Origin: Octopus bimaculoides | Lineage: Eukaryota | Reading direction: 5' to 3' | Assembly (NCBI RefSeq): GCF_001194135.2 | Contig: NC_068985.1 | Span: 5,762,703-5,798,160 of the forward strand | Length of the DNA: 35,458 nt | Shown here: in pieces, positions 12,195-25,424 of the stretch | How the letters are laid out: every line of letters starts with the position of its first letter | Position numbering within the stretch: the stretch's first letter is position 1 | Position numbers and translations under genes: made by a program | The notes under the pieces: generated by a model | Told to the model about the DNA's origin: nothing | Database searches by the model: none | What the model saw: only the letters and a program-made list of their open reading frames with translations

Positions 12195-12385
12195 TTTTGG
12201 CACAAGGACAATAATTTTGGTAGCGAGCCTATATCGATTAAATCGACTCTACTGCTCAACTGGTGTTTATTTTATCGGCCTCGAGATGATGAAAGGCGAA
12301 GTCGACCACGGCGAAATTCGAACTCAGAACGTAAAGACGGGCGAAATGCGGCTAAGCTTTTTTCTAGGATGCTGGTGATTCTGAT
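12195..12385 (-). mobile_element. Diverged SINE family A copy (tail type 2)
   Basis: The reverse complement contains gttctgagttcgaatttcgccg and the core/tail motifs. Confidence 0.75.
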
Positions 12386-12564
12386 TAAATTAATTAAACT
12401 GACCAGAGAATGTCCCCCACCACAAAAAAACCCCGTCTTTCTGAAGAGAGTAAAGTGGAAATAAAGAAGAGATAGAGCAATGTCTGAGCATAACACATTC
12501 CTAATGAAAAAGAAAGTTCACTGAACGAACATAGGGCAGAGGAAAATATGAAGTATATATATAT

Positions 12565-12988
12565 ATTTCTTTATTGCCCACAAGGGGATAAACATAGAGG
12601 GGACAAACAAGGACAGACAAAGGGATTAAATCGATTACATCGACCCCAGTGCATAACTGGTACTTATTTAATCGATCCCGAAATGATGAAAGCAAAGTCG
12701 ACTTCGGCGGAATTTGAACTCAGAACGTAACGGCAGATGAAATGCCACTAAGCATTTCGCCCGGCGTGCTAACGTTTCTTATTTCTTTATTGCCCACAAG
12801 GGGCTAAACACAGAGGGGACAAACAAGGACAGACAAAGGGATTAAATCGATTACATCGACTCCAGTGCGCAACTGGTACTTATTTAATCGATCCCTAAAT
12901 GATGAAGGCAAAGTCGATCTCGGCGGGATTTGAACTCGGAACGTAGCGACAGACGAAATGCCGCTAACGATTCTGCCAGCTGGCCGAC
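12565..12988 (-). mobile_element. Head-to-tail dimer of SINE family A (tail type 1)
   Basis: Two units of about 210 bp with a junction near 12774 (..aataaagaaataagaaac|gttagcacgccgggcg..). Confidence 0.9.
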
Positions 12989-13442
12989 CAATATATTCAG
13001 TGTAATCCCAAGCTCGTACTCGAAAAACCTATCACATATATTCGTACTTCTATGACAACAGCACCACATTGCATTTTCTCGTCCTGTGATCCACAAAGTT
13101 TGCACATTGCAAACGAAATTTTCAACTTTCAGAATTCATGATATTTAGTTTGAGCAAATCTCAGAACCAAACAGCTTTCATATAACGCCTTTGGCTATTT
13201 AGGTGTGTTCGATTATAGCTGAGCTGTGGATAAACAAGAAACATTGTTTAAGGTAGGAAAAGGTAAGAAAAGAAGAAAATTTGTTGTAAGAAATTACTAT
13301 GCGACTACCAATGCCTTTACTGAAATGATGTTACAGGACAACTGGGGTCAGCTGGAGGTATCGCATGTACTCTTACGAACGAGAAGGTGAATATGTATAT
13401 AGTTGAATAAAGTTAAAACATGGTCTGGTTTTTACGTTTTTT

Positions 13443-13903
13443 TATTATTGTATTTAAAATAATTTCTTTTACCATTTTGAAGTGTGTCAAACTTTAAAGA
13501 AATATTTTGTAATGTTCATTAAATTCAATTAGCGCTTTCATACGTTTGAAGTAATGATAAGATTTCAAAATGTATTTAACTGACAGTTGAGGTCTTGGCA
13601 ACTGTAGAAAAATGACTGGAATCTTCGTTTTTATACCTCTTAGAAGGCTCCAACAAGCTGAGTTTTTTGAATACGGTTTTGACCAATCAGCTTGGTGGAG
13701 CCTTCAAAAAGGTATAAAAAAGGAAGAAGTCAGTCATTTTACTACAGTTGTCAAGAACTCAACTGTCAGTTAAATACATTTTGAAATCTGATGATTACTA
13801 CGGACGTATGAAATCACTAATTAAAATTCATGAACGTTACAAAATATTTTTTAATGTTTAACACACTTCAACATTGTAAAGAAAGTTTTTAAATACAATA
13901 ATA
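13443..13903. mobile_element. Fold-back palindromic element (MITE-like), arms about 218 bp, loop about 25 nt
   Basis: 13443-13661 is an imperfect reverse complement of 13687-13903 along its whole length. Confidence 0.85.
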
Positions 13904-14574
13904 TATATCATTTTATACACATTTACACAAATTCGGAATATATGTGTGTATATCAAACCCTCAGAAAGAAGAATATAGAATGATACGTATACAAAATTTC
14001 ATTTGATTACGCCATTCTGTTCATCAAATTGTAATCTGACGCGTTTTTTCTGCTGGATAGGTTTTCTAATGCCCGTTGATGTATACATATCCAGTGTAGG
14101 CATTCCAATGCACGCACATATGTATGTTTGTTTGTATAGATGTATGTTTGTTTGTATAGATGTATGTATACAAATTTCACGTTTTATATCTCTGTCTACA
14201 AATATTTATCAATATAGGATTCCATTATAGAGACAATACTTTTGCGAAACGATCGTAAGATCCTTTAAAACCTTAATTTTAAACTATTAAATTTTAAACT
14301 GTCGTATTTATTATTATTATATATTTATACTTATACATATTTACACATATTTTTTATATATATTTATATTTTTAATACAATAATTATTCTACACATGTAT
14401 ATATCTTTCTGAAGAATTTCGCTGATATTATTTCACAATATATTATATATTATATATAATCGTTCGTATTAAATGTATACATATTTTAATAGTATTAATA
14501 CGTTGATACAAAAGAGCACTCGTTGTAAATTCAGTATATAATATTCTTATCGAATATATTTAACTGAAGATTTA

Positions 14575-14700
14575 TATGTATGTATGCATGTATGTTTGTA
14601 TGCATGTATGTATGTATGTATGTATGTATGTATGTACGTATGGATGCATGTATGTATGCATGTATGTATATATGTATATATATATATATATATATATACG
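14575..14700. repeat. (TATG)n/(TA)n microsatellite
   Basis: Directly visible. Confidence 0.95.
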
Positions 14701-15482
14701 TAAGTGTAAGCATATAGGTCAATTGAGCTGGAGGCCAATAAACAAATACATAAAGAAGATATTTAGAAGTACTTACTACAAGATGTGGCAGCGAACTGGA
14801 ATCTGTTGAGATTATATTCTATGAGTTACAATGGTGAAATCGAATCCAATGCAACAACACTGAATGTATATCCTGTTATTGAATAGGTACGTTCTGTGAA
14901 TGTAAATGTGAACAGTTCATCGCAAGTCTAGCAGTAAGCACGAGAGTCCTCAATGAAAACAATGATACGCCAAGTAATAGATTTCTTCGATTTTTTTTTA
15001 GCGCAATATCAAAAGTCAGTTTAGCTGACTTTGTATCTCTCTTTAGGAATGCTGGAAAGACTACGTGCGCACAGCAATGTTAGATAATGAAAATTGCAAT
15101 TATACGATATTCAAACATAAATGGCATGAAGCCACTGCTAGGGACATACGTCATTACATGGTTTAGTCGAAGCTGGATTAGGTAATTGATGGCCAGATTG
15201 TGTTTGCTTGGATACAATATACAATTTGACGAGACGTAAGTCAGTTGGCTCGTCCGACTGCTTAATCTAAATCTCATTACCATTAGAAACAATTTATCAC
15301 ATTTTATAGCATTTTTTCTTTTCGATATTTTGTATTATGGACAACGTCATATGAAATGCAATTTCTTTTATTGGCTGAAGAAGCAAGCTGCTAGTTAGCT
15401 TCTCGTTATGTTAGAAAGTGCAGTGAAAACTTCTTCAAATCATCCCACTGCTTCTTACGAACTAGAAGGCACGTTTGATATT

Positions 15483-15675
15483 CTCTTTTGCTTGTGTCAG
15501 TTATTTGACTGCGGCCATGCTGGAGCACCGCATTTAGTCGAGCAAATCGACATCAGTACTTATTCTTTGTAAGCCTAGTACTTACTCTATCGGTCTGTTT
15601 TGCCGAACCGCTAAGTTATGGGGACGTAAACACACCAGCATCGGTTGTCAAGTGATATTGGGGGGACAAACACAG
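15483..15675 (-). mobile_element. SINE family B 3' half abutting an expanded microsatellite and gap
   Basis: The reverse complement matches 2175-2362. No head is seen beyond the microsatellite. Confidence 0.85.
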
Positions 15676-15680
15676 CCACA

Positions 15681-15717
<37 letters not shown>

Positions 15718-15986
15718 ATATACACACAGACATACACAGACACAGACACAGACACAGACACACACACACACATACACACNNNNNNNNNNNNNNNNNNNNN
15801 NNNNNNNNNNNNNNNNNNNNNNNNNNNNNNNNNNNNNNNNNNNNNNNNNNNNNNNNNNNNNNNNNNNNNNNNNNNNNNNNNNNNNNNNNNNNNNNNNNNN
15901 NNNNNNNNNNNNNNNNNNNNNNNNNNNNNNNNNNNNNNNNNNNNNNNNNNNNNNNNNNNNNNNNNNNNTATATATATATACATATG

Positions 15987-16034
<48 letters not shown>

Positions 16035-17136
16035 CACACACACGCACACACATATATATGCACATGTTTGTTTGTATGTCTCCGCATATCTTTTTCGAAC
16101 CTTAAAGGGTCGCACATATCGAGAAACTACGACCAGTTGTGGAGTGAGAATCTTCTGACGAATAAAGAAAACCTTCTAAATGAATTGGGTACCTGTAGGT
16201 TTCCACCCCATGTGTGCACACACGCACACACACCTTTACACACACATGCACACACATTAACATACGCACACCCATACGCACGGTAATAAATTTCCATTTA
16301 TCTGTCTATTTATTCGCATGTCTGAATATGCTGTATGCTTACAAAAAATATCGAATCTCAACATAAAAGTATATGAACATATTCGTGGAAAATATAATGG
16401 AAACACTTGGAAAATAAGATATACTTTCAAGTAATGAAGCAGAATAAGATAAACAGAGGTCGAATGAAAGAGAGAGGAGGAAGTGAAAGAGAGACGGAGA
16501 GAGGAGTACAATGGATAGAGCGTGATGAGCGAGACTTTAATGATAAGATACCGTATATTTATTTAATGTGTATAATAGGTATTTTCGTTGAAATTATCCG
16601 TCAAAGTGTCAACACTAATGTTACATTTCTAAAATATGTTACTACGTGACATGTTTATCATTTACTCTACAGAAATAATTTTTATAAGATGTTTTAATGG
16701 CTTAATTCATTGAATCACTGTGTGGTTCATATTTATTTTCTTCACAGTCAACTTTGTGTCAGAAATCCGATAATTAAAGCGTACTTCGGTGAAATGAGGT
16801 GGAATTAATGTTTCATATCTCTGTGTTGGAAAGAATCCAGAGCAGTCATGCTATGCAGAAGTGATAAAGACGAGATTATTTGCTATGTTCACGTTTGGCA
16901 TTCATTATTTGAGGGGCGCGTATTTTACATTTTCTATTCACATCTATGATGCTTGCCATGAATATTAAATTCATTGTAATATTTGACTTCTAGCTTATTT
17001 GATCGACCCTCTCAGACGGATAGCAGGCCAAGCCGATATCCGTGAAATTTGAAATGAAATTAAACAGACGTAATTCACGATAGATTCCCCCAATACAATA
17101 TCACAGTACCACAGTTCCGACCAGATCATCAGATGC

Positions 17137-17330
17137 TATTATTATACCACTAGTAACAATGTGCTTCCAATGCTGCCTTGATTGTGCCATTCTTTTTCAT
17201 CTTGTCCCAAATTGCTTGAGCAAAGGTTCTTCCCATCGTCGTGGAGGCCTTCCAAGGGATCAGAAATATCTCTTGGATAGCACTCACCTGCTGTCTGTGA
17301 ACCTTGCGATATGTCCGGCGTAGCGGAACT
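17137..17330 (-). mobile_element. 3' end of an RTE-1-like LINE
   Basis: FRYAGHIARFTDSR*...LGRPPRRWEEPLLKQFGTR*KRMAQSRQHWK, with stops and a frameshift, followed by a short (ATA)n tail. Confidence 0.75.
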
Positions 17331-18909
17331 GTTATGTCTGAAGCTACTGCTATCTAGCACCTTCGGATGATCTCTACTCAAGCGCTACACAATTGTTACT
17401 CGACCGCTACTCAACAAACCTACCACGGCCAAACTACCTCTATTTATATGTCTTGGGAATCCTACTTCTTCGCCTGGGGCGTTGACACAACAGGAACTTG
17501 TGCTTTCGGTACTCTGCGTTCACATCGTCCACTCCGTTCCGTTTCAGAATAATCTTATTTGGAATGTACTCTTTTAATGATATTTCAAACATGAATCTTT
17601 ACATGGCCCGCAGCCAATCGATATTCTATACTATCAGTACTACTACAATGTAATGTACCAGTAATATATTGGTATTTCTTCAATGGGCAGTAGTATTCCC
17701 CGAAGAAATTAGTTTTTGTGCGGAAGGAATGAAATCAACTCATCGAAACGTATAGAGCATATTTGAAGTACGACGTAGTTCGTAAAACGTTAACCTTAAA
17801 CGTAATAGATTTGTACTTCGCAGCTGCTTGTAGCTGGTATAACACAACATATGTTCGGATATTCGGATATATGTATGATAGTAGGATGTCGTTTCTCTGT
17901 TGAAAGAATAAAGTGAAAAACAATCACCAACAAAATGTGAAAACAGAATTAATGCAAAAGACTACGTTCTGCAGTCCTTCATTTGACGTACACTGCAATT
18001 TGTTACAGAACTGAGACATAATAATTATTGTGTCAAACTTGTTGATCTTCAGGGCATTTCATGTTTTAAACAAGAAAGATGAGAATACATTTAGAAGATT
18101 TAAAAGACTTTTAATATGGAAAATATTTACACAGCTTTCTGTTTAACGAACAAAACACTTTATTTTCCTTAAAAGCATAGCTTTCTCTTTAAGTATACTG
18201 CTTTCTCTAGCAGAGAAATACTTCACCTTTTATTGAAGAAAATCGTTAAAAGCATAATCGTATGTAACCGACTGATGTATATAACAGTAATATAATTTTA
18301 GCTCGTTTCTTTCATTAAAATAGATATGTGCAAACCGATAATTAGTATATCAATTTCATTTTCAATTTTTGATTATTCTTCGCTACTTTAAAATATTTTG
18401 GTTCAAAATTAATCTCTTAGAAATAGGCTTTCGTATTTCTGTCCCAAATGAATTTGAATTGTATAACCAAAATAGCACAAATTCAAATTTTCCTTTGTTG
18501 TCTATTTTTAATTTACTGATCAATGAAGATTAAAATGTGCTTTTGTAATTATTTCTAAACCAGTCGGATTTGCATTTTATATATAAGAAACGGTAAATCT
18601 TGTCAATGATTTACCTAAAGAAAATGTATCTGTTTGTATTCCCGCAATCACACATTCAGAGATTTGTTGTTTTTTTTCCTTCTATTAACCAAGAGACCAA
18701 ATGAATCCATGAAATTATTACAAATAGATAAAAACTTTTTGAATGCAACATGAATGCAACATGTACAAAGAAGATTGGACGAATAAGCCAGGAAGCATAA
18801 CGTCTCAGTACATACATACATACATACATACATACATTCATACATACATGCATGCATACATACATGCATGCATACATACAGACATACATACATACATACA
18901 TATATATAT

Positions 18910-19062
18910 GGTGGCCTGTGTGGTAAAAAGCTTGCTTCCTAACCACATGGTTTCTGGTTCAGTCCCACTCCGTGGCACCGTGGACAAGTGTCTTCTTGTA
19001 TAGCCTCAGGCCGACCAAAGTTTTGTGAGTGGATTTGGTAGACGGAAACTGAAAGAAACCCG

Positions 19063-19113
<51 letters not shown>

Positions 19114-19316
19114 TATATTCGTCTCCCCACCATCACTTGACAACCGGTGTTAGTGTGTTTGTGTCCCTATAACTTAGCGGTTCGGCAAAATCTCCGATAG
19201 AATAAGTACTTGGCATACAAAGAATAAGTCCTGGGGCCGATTTGTTCGACTAAAGGTAGTGCTCCAGCATGGCTGCAGTCAAATGACTGACACAAAAGAA
19301 TAAAAGACTAAAGAAT
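18910..19316 (+). mobile_element. SINE family B, full length with internal (TA)n
   Basis: Colinear with 1950-2362. Confidence 0.9.
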
Positions 19317-20469
19317 ATATATATATATATACACAAATATGGGTTGGGGGTTAGTTCACAGATGATCTAAACGAATAGACACGCTAGGTAAGAACTGTAA
19401 CTGGTTACAAAAGCTCCAAGGTTGTAGCCGAGACGGTAGTTATGAAGCCACTGCGGATTTCCGATAAACAGATATATAATTGTTAAAGAGGGCAACAAAA
19501 TTTTAAGGCAAGGCAAACGTCTCAAGTTGTATACATTATTATTATAAACGGAAAAAGTTTAAAGTCTTACCGCTGTTTCTGGGATATCCCAGAGTATAGG
19601 ATATTCCGGCGTCAGAGACAAATAGGGGAAAAGAGAAAATGAGAAGGGTATAGATTAATGAAATGACGACAATGAGAACAGGTGTGACGGAATAACGAGA
19701 TGAAGAGAGAGAGGAGTAAAAAGAAGAATAAAAGTTCACAGTTCAACTTTCCGATGTCGTAGAAATAATTCCATAAGTCCTTAGGTGCAATCCTGCGTAA
19801 ATCCATATGGGTTAAAGTCCTGATAGAAAGAAAGAAAGAAACAATAAGAGAGCCGTAGAAAATTTATATATATATATATATGTACTTACGTATGAGACCA
19901 AAGTGTAAGTACGCCGCCATATACACATACGCATAAATAATGTTATGAACAATGGAGGCATTGTTATATAAAATTAATATTGTGTATATCATATGCAACA
20001 CAGATATAACATTGAAAGTGCTGAAACTGCAATATTCATGTCAAGAAAGCATAAAAAGTGTAGTTTAATATTGTTCAAAATACGGAAATAGATCAGTAGT
20101 GGACGAAAAGTGTTTGTCAGCACTGATAGAATTGCTAAATACATATTCAGGTTTCTTTCAGCGTCATCAGAATCAAACAACCAATAACAACACATGCTAT
20201 GACAAATTTAGCCAATACTGATAAAAAATCAAAGCAAAACGAAAACAACAACAAAAGAATAGTCATTAATATACCACTGGTGTCGCAATTAACCGGTAGA
20301 AATAACTATTTAGTAATAACGTATTATTCTTAACATATTTCAATTTTTGTGTTGGTTCTGATATCCGTTTTTGAATTTGTTTCCCAGATTTTCATATGGA
20401 TCAGGTATGTTTGAATTGCTGTGTATTATTTCTTCATCTAGGGCGGTACTAAATCAGAAAAGTATTCAG

Positions 20470-21150
20470 CCGATTTCTACAAATTTATTCACGCTTGTAA
20501 AACAGCACACCTTTGACATAAATGCTAAGCGAATGATCTGCAGGTGATGGTTGATACATCATAACTGTCATTTTTGTACATATTACTGACCTAAACTCAT
20601 CACACGCCATAGCGAAGCTGTCAATCAGCATCTGCAAACCGATATCAGAGTAAATCAGTGAATTGCAGTCATCTGCATGTAACAAATATTATAGCAATGA
20701 GTTTTTAGTTTGGCAAGAGACCGACTGATGTCAAAATTGCACAAAGGCCAGTATATTTTTACACAAAGGCCAGCATAGTTTTTGAAGATAATTTCTTTGA
20801 GTACGACAATGAAGAAATTGGGGACAAAAGGAGTATTTCATTCTGTTTTACACTGCTCCCAACAGAGGTCAGCTCCAACTGTTCTCCGTTGAAAAAGTAT
20901 ATGCTTTTATGCTGTAATGTAAAAATCCAGTGATAACCACACACTTTTCTAGGCAACTAAGCTCCGTAAGTATCCTCCTGTTAAGCACGTCGAATGTTTT
21001 TATGGGATCCAATGAAACACTGATACAAAAGCTTTGGGACTCGAGGAGCTGTAGAATCTGAGAAGCTATGGATATCATTATTATAGTTCTACAATTAGGG
21101 AGCCATTCAGACAGGACCGACGGAGCCATGGACGTGAGCAAACGATTCAG
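20470..21150 (-). mobile_element. RTE/BovB-like reverse transcriptase fragment (pseudogenised)
   Basis: NRLLTSMAPSVLSE..ASQILQ..KTFDVLNR..FFNGEQLELTSVGSSVKQ..LHADDCNSLIYSDIGLQMLIDSFAMACDEF, which follows RT motifs in order through the (Y/H)ADD site. Confidence 0.85.
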
Positions 21151-21335
21151 AAAACACTACGGATGCCTTTATCAACAAATGATTTCAAAAATATTCCATC
21201 ACAGTTCCCATCTTTGACTCCTTGTAGAGGAAACGAAGAATGCCATCGACCAGAATGTACCTAGAAGCCATATTTCCTGGAATACGGTAAACAGGGAATT
21301 TGAAGCTCAACATATCAAAATCTTTGACATTAACT
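21151..21335 (+). mobile_element. Inverted upstream segment of the same RTE element
   Basis: TTDAFINK..VEETKNAIDQ.. matches the EN-RT linker that normally precedes the RT. Here it is on the opposite strand and directly adjacent. Confidence 0.6.
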
Positions 21336-21388
21336 GCAACACGGTTTTTTTTTTCATATAAAAAACGAGCCCGCCATATATATATATT

Positions 21389-21545
21389 TACGACGGACAT
21401 CTTTCAGTTTCTGTCTACCAAATGCACTCACAAAGCATTGGTTGGCCCGAGGCTATAGTAGAAACATTTGCTTAAGGTGTCACGTTGTAGGACTGAACAC
21501 GGAACCATGTGGTTGGGAAGCAAACTTCTTACCAGACAACCACGC
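21389..21545 (-). mobile_element. SINE family B 5' half
   Basis: The reverse complement matches 1955-2105. Confidence 0.85.
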
Positions 21546-21774
21546 TTTTGTATTAATGCTTAAAGAACAAATATATTCACAAGACAACGAGATTTTTTAA
21601 TGTCATTGGTTATTGCCAGTATTAGTTATTTTTACATGAAAGAATATAGATTTTCTACTGGTGGTGACGTAAATACTAACAGAATATGCGTGATAACTGA
21701 CACAGAATGTCGTAAATATGTGTTGAGACATTTGTCTAATATTTTTGGCATTCAACAGAAATAAACAGAAATAT

Positions 21775-21975
21775 CTTTTATCTTTTACTTATTTCAGTTA
21801 ATGGACAGCGGCCATGCTGGGGCACCGCCTTAAAGGCGTTAGTCGAGTAAATTGACCACCATAGATATTTTTTTATTTTTGAAGTCTGTCACTTATTTAA
21901 CCGGGCTTTTACCCCGAGCGCCTAAATTACAGGTATATAAACAAACCAGGACCGCTTGTGAGACGATCGTGATAA
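21775..21975 (-). mobile_element. Diverged SINE family B 3' half
   Basis: Contains gcggccatgctggggcaccgcc and flanking tail similarity. Confidence 0.65.
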
Positions 21976-21994
21976 AGCCTAAGAAAAAATACCG

Positions 21995-22034
<40 letters not shown>

Positions 22035-22427
22035 CAGGTGAGAAAGTTGCTATGTGAAAGCATGTGGTTGGATGTATAAAAGATAAAAAAGAGTGAAAAA
22101 ACTACAGAAGGCTTATGTTATATGGTTAAAGTATATATTTAAATCGTTATGTTAGAAACTAGGCATGAAGTTTATATAGCTACGAATATTACCCGAAGTT
22201 TTAATCTCATTCGGGAGATTGAAGTCGCTAGTCTTCTGGGAAGTGGGGGTGGGGTGCTCTATGTTGGTACCCGACCTTGTTGACACACTAAAGACATCTG
22301 TCTGAAATTATACCTTGATGTTTAAAAACTTCAAATAAATATGAGAATCTAATATTTATTTCGTATTTGGATTTGGTTTGCAAGATCCTTTATGTGAGTT
22401 CGTGCATTGTTGAAGCATATACTGTTG

Positions 22428-22628
22428 TGTCTGGGGACAGTCATTCTCTTTTAGTGTCTTATAATTTAACACACTCACCGATAAAATTTCCACTCAGAGT
22501 CAAAACTATTGAAAAGGTTGCAAGACGCAATGAAAATCTTAGAAAAATAAAGAAGGAAATAAGTGGGAATTTTACCGGTGAGTGTGTTAAATTATAAGGC
22601 ACTAAAATAGAATGACTCTCGCCAGACA
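22428..22628. repeat. Inverted repeat, about 67-bp arms with about 66-bp spacer
   Basis: tgtctggggacagtcattctc..aaatttccact pairs with agtgggaatttt..gaatgactctcgccagaca. Confidence 0.85.
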
Positions 22629-24091
22629 CACTAATATTTATAGTTAATTTTTTTAAACGGCCTCAACGTTTGCTTGTCATTCATTCGTTACCCCATATTC
22701 CTCTATTCAGCATTGCAAGAATACGGCACAATAATGACGTCACTGCTGTAGCACACATCGAGAGAAACTTTGAATAAGTACGTGAGGCGGTTGTCTTGTC
22801 CAGGAATGCCAGTTGCGGAGGCTAAAACCAAAACTCTGGTCGGGTCTGGGAGGAGATCATTAAATAAAGGTATGTATAATTTGTAATGTGAAATGTATCT
22901 GAGCAAAGAGAAGTCGCTTAATATTATTGCGAGAAAGTCATTAAATGGAGACTTACTTGAGAGAGGGTTATTGGCATGCCATGAGTAGCACGCGTGCTAG
23001 GAGTTGACCTTCCTTGTGTTAGATCATCTGTCCACAGACATGCTACTTCTGAGAAGAAAACAAATATTGTAAGGCCAAAATTGGAATGTTTTTGACTATA
23101 GACACGGCTAGATAAGTACAATTTTTGGAAAAAGTACGGAAAGAAAATGAGCAGATATGCCAATGCTCTGAAAGGGAAATATATTTAAAAATAATAAGGA
23201 TAAAAGAAAACATAATTATTAATTATGAATTCATTTATTTACAAAACAAATTAAAAAGAAACTAATATATTACACTTAAGAAACATGTATTCAAAATATG
23301 GAGGAAAACTGGTATGTGTGTATGTATGTAGGTACGTGTATATATATATATATATATATATATATNNNNNNNNNNNNNNNNNNNNNNNNNNNNNNNNNNN
23401 NNNNNNNNNNNNNNNNNNNNNNNNNNNNNNNNNNNNNNNNNNNNNNNNNNNNNNNNNNNNNNNNNNNNNNNNNNNNNNNNNNNNNNNNNNNNNNNNNNNN
23501 NNNNNNNNNNNNNNNNNNNNNNNNNNNNNNNNNNNNNNNNNNNNNNNNNNNNNNNNNNNNNNNNNNNNNNNNNNNNNNNNNNNNNNNNNNNNNNNNNNNN
23601 NNNNNNNNNNNNNNNNNNNNNNNNNNNNNNNNNNNNNNNNNNNNNNNNNNNNNNNNNNNNNNNNNNNNNNNNNNNNNNNNNNNNNNNNNNNNNNNNNNNN
23701 NNNNNNNNNNNNNNNNNNNNNNNNNNNNNNNNNNNNNNNNNNNNNNNNNNNNNNNNNNNNNNNNNNNNNNNNNNNNNNNNNNNNNNNNNNNNNNNNNNNN
23801 NNNNNNNNNNNNNNNNNNNNNNNNNNNNNNNNNNNNNNNNNNNNNNNNNNNNNNNNNNNNNNNNNNNNNNNNNNNNNNNNNNNNNNNNNNNNNNNNNNNN
23901 NNNNNNNNNNNNNNNNNNNNNNATATATATATATATATATATACATATATATACACACACACACACGTATATATATATATATTTTATCCATGTATATATA
24001 CTTTTCCATTCATATACTTATATGTATGTGTACATATATGTATACATACAAAGCCATATATACATATATATACACACATATGTGTGCTTAT

Positions 24092-24134
<43 letters not shown>

Positions 24135-24144
24135 NNNNNNNNNN

Positions 24145-24178
<34 letters not shown>

Positions 24179-25424
24179 CATATATACATATAGCTATGTA
24201 CATATATATACATATAAATAAATACACGCATGTGCGTATGTTTGTGTCCATGCACGTATCTGTACACAATTTCCAAACGTTTTGACAACAAGTGTTGCAA
24301 ATAAACATGGACACCATGGAAATATATTATTGGTAGTAGCAGTTGAAGGAGAACACGAGTAATATCTTTCTTTCCAGGGAAAGATTAATCATCTCGCTGA
24401 TAGCACACCGAGAGAGTATATACCACCGTCGTAGCTGAATCGATGGCTAAGTTGAACTGGTTGGTTTCGCAAACAGGAAGTAGTAATAACAAGTCATAAA
24501 TATGTATATATATATTATATATAATTTCTATACTAGAAATGCAGAAGGAGAGATTGCAGTAATTTATAAATTTACAGCAGGAATTTCCACGTATATACAT
24601 ACATATATATGTCTGCGTATATTTACATTTATATATTTGATCCTTTATATTGAACACTCAATATTTCATCTACATTCAATACTTTATTTCATGGTGCCAT
24701 CCATTTTTATTTTATTTTATTTTATATTATATATTGTATATTCCATATTCTATACCCCACATTGGTTCTGCAGGAATATAAAGAAAACATTTAAAAACAG
24801 ACAGTGTTGTAACTCTTTTAAACAAAATAATATATATATNNNNNNNNNNNNNNNNNNNNNNNNNNNNNNNNNNNNNNNNNNNNNNNNNNNNNNNNNNNNN
24901 NNNNNNNNNNNNNNNNNNNNNNNNNNNNNNNNNNNNNNNNNNNNNNNNNNNNNNNNNNNNNNNNNNNNNNNNNNNNNNNNNNNNNNNNNNNNNNNNNNNN
25001 NNNNNNNNNNNNNNNNNNNNNNNNNNNNNNNNNNNNNNNNNNNNNNNNNNNNNNNNNNNNNNNNNNNNNNNNNNNNNNNNNNNNNNNNNNNNNNNNNNNN
25101 NNNNNNNNNNNNNNNNNNNNNNNNNNNNNNNNNNNNNNNNNNNNNNNNNNNNNNNNNNNNNNNNNNNNNNNNNNNNNNNNNNNNNNNNNNNNNNNNNNNN
25201 NNNNNNNNNNNNNNNNNNNNNNNNNNNNNNNNNNNNNNNNNNNNNNNNNNNNNNNNNNNNNNNNNNNNNNNNNNNNNNNNNNNNNNNNNNNNNNNNNNNN
25301 NNNNNNNNNNNNNNNNNNNNNNNNNNNNNNNNNNNNNNNNNNNNNNNNNNNNNNNNNNNNNNNNNNNNNNNNNNNNNNNNNNNNNNNNNNNNNNNNNNNN
25401 NNNNNNNNNNNNNNNNNNNNNNNN

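Noticed and set aside
13788-13816. CTGATGA...GAAA in the right arm of the fold-back element
   Set aside because: Stem II is only about 3 bp, there is no stem I or III, and the opposite arm lacks the motif.
19405-19470. GCSRDGSYE, resembling a thyroglobulin type-1 motif
   Set aside because: There is no following QC/CWCV motif, the frame closes, and there is no splice support.
19542-19739. Signal-peptide-like minus-strand ORF (..LIFSFPLFVSDA..)
   Set aside because: There is no ATG in frame, and no usable AG acceptor lies downstream of the preceding in-frame stop.
24385-24490. PVCETNQFNLAIDSATTVVYTLSV on the minus strand, vaguely cadherin-like
   Set aside because: It lacks the conserved E and DxD residues and stops immediately.
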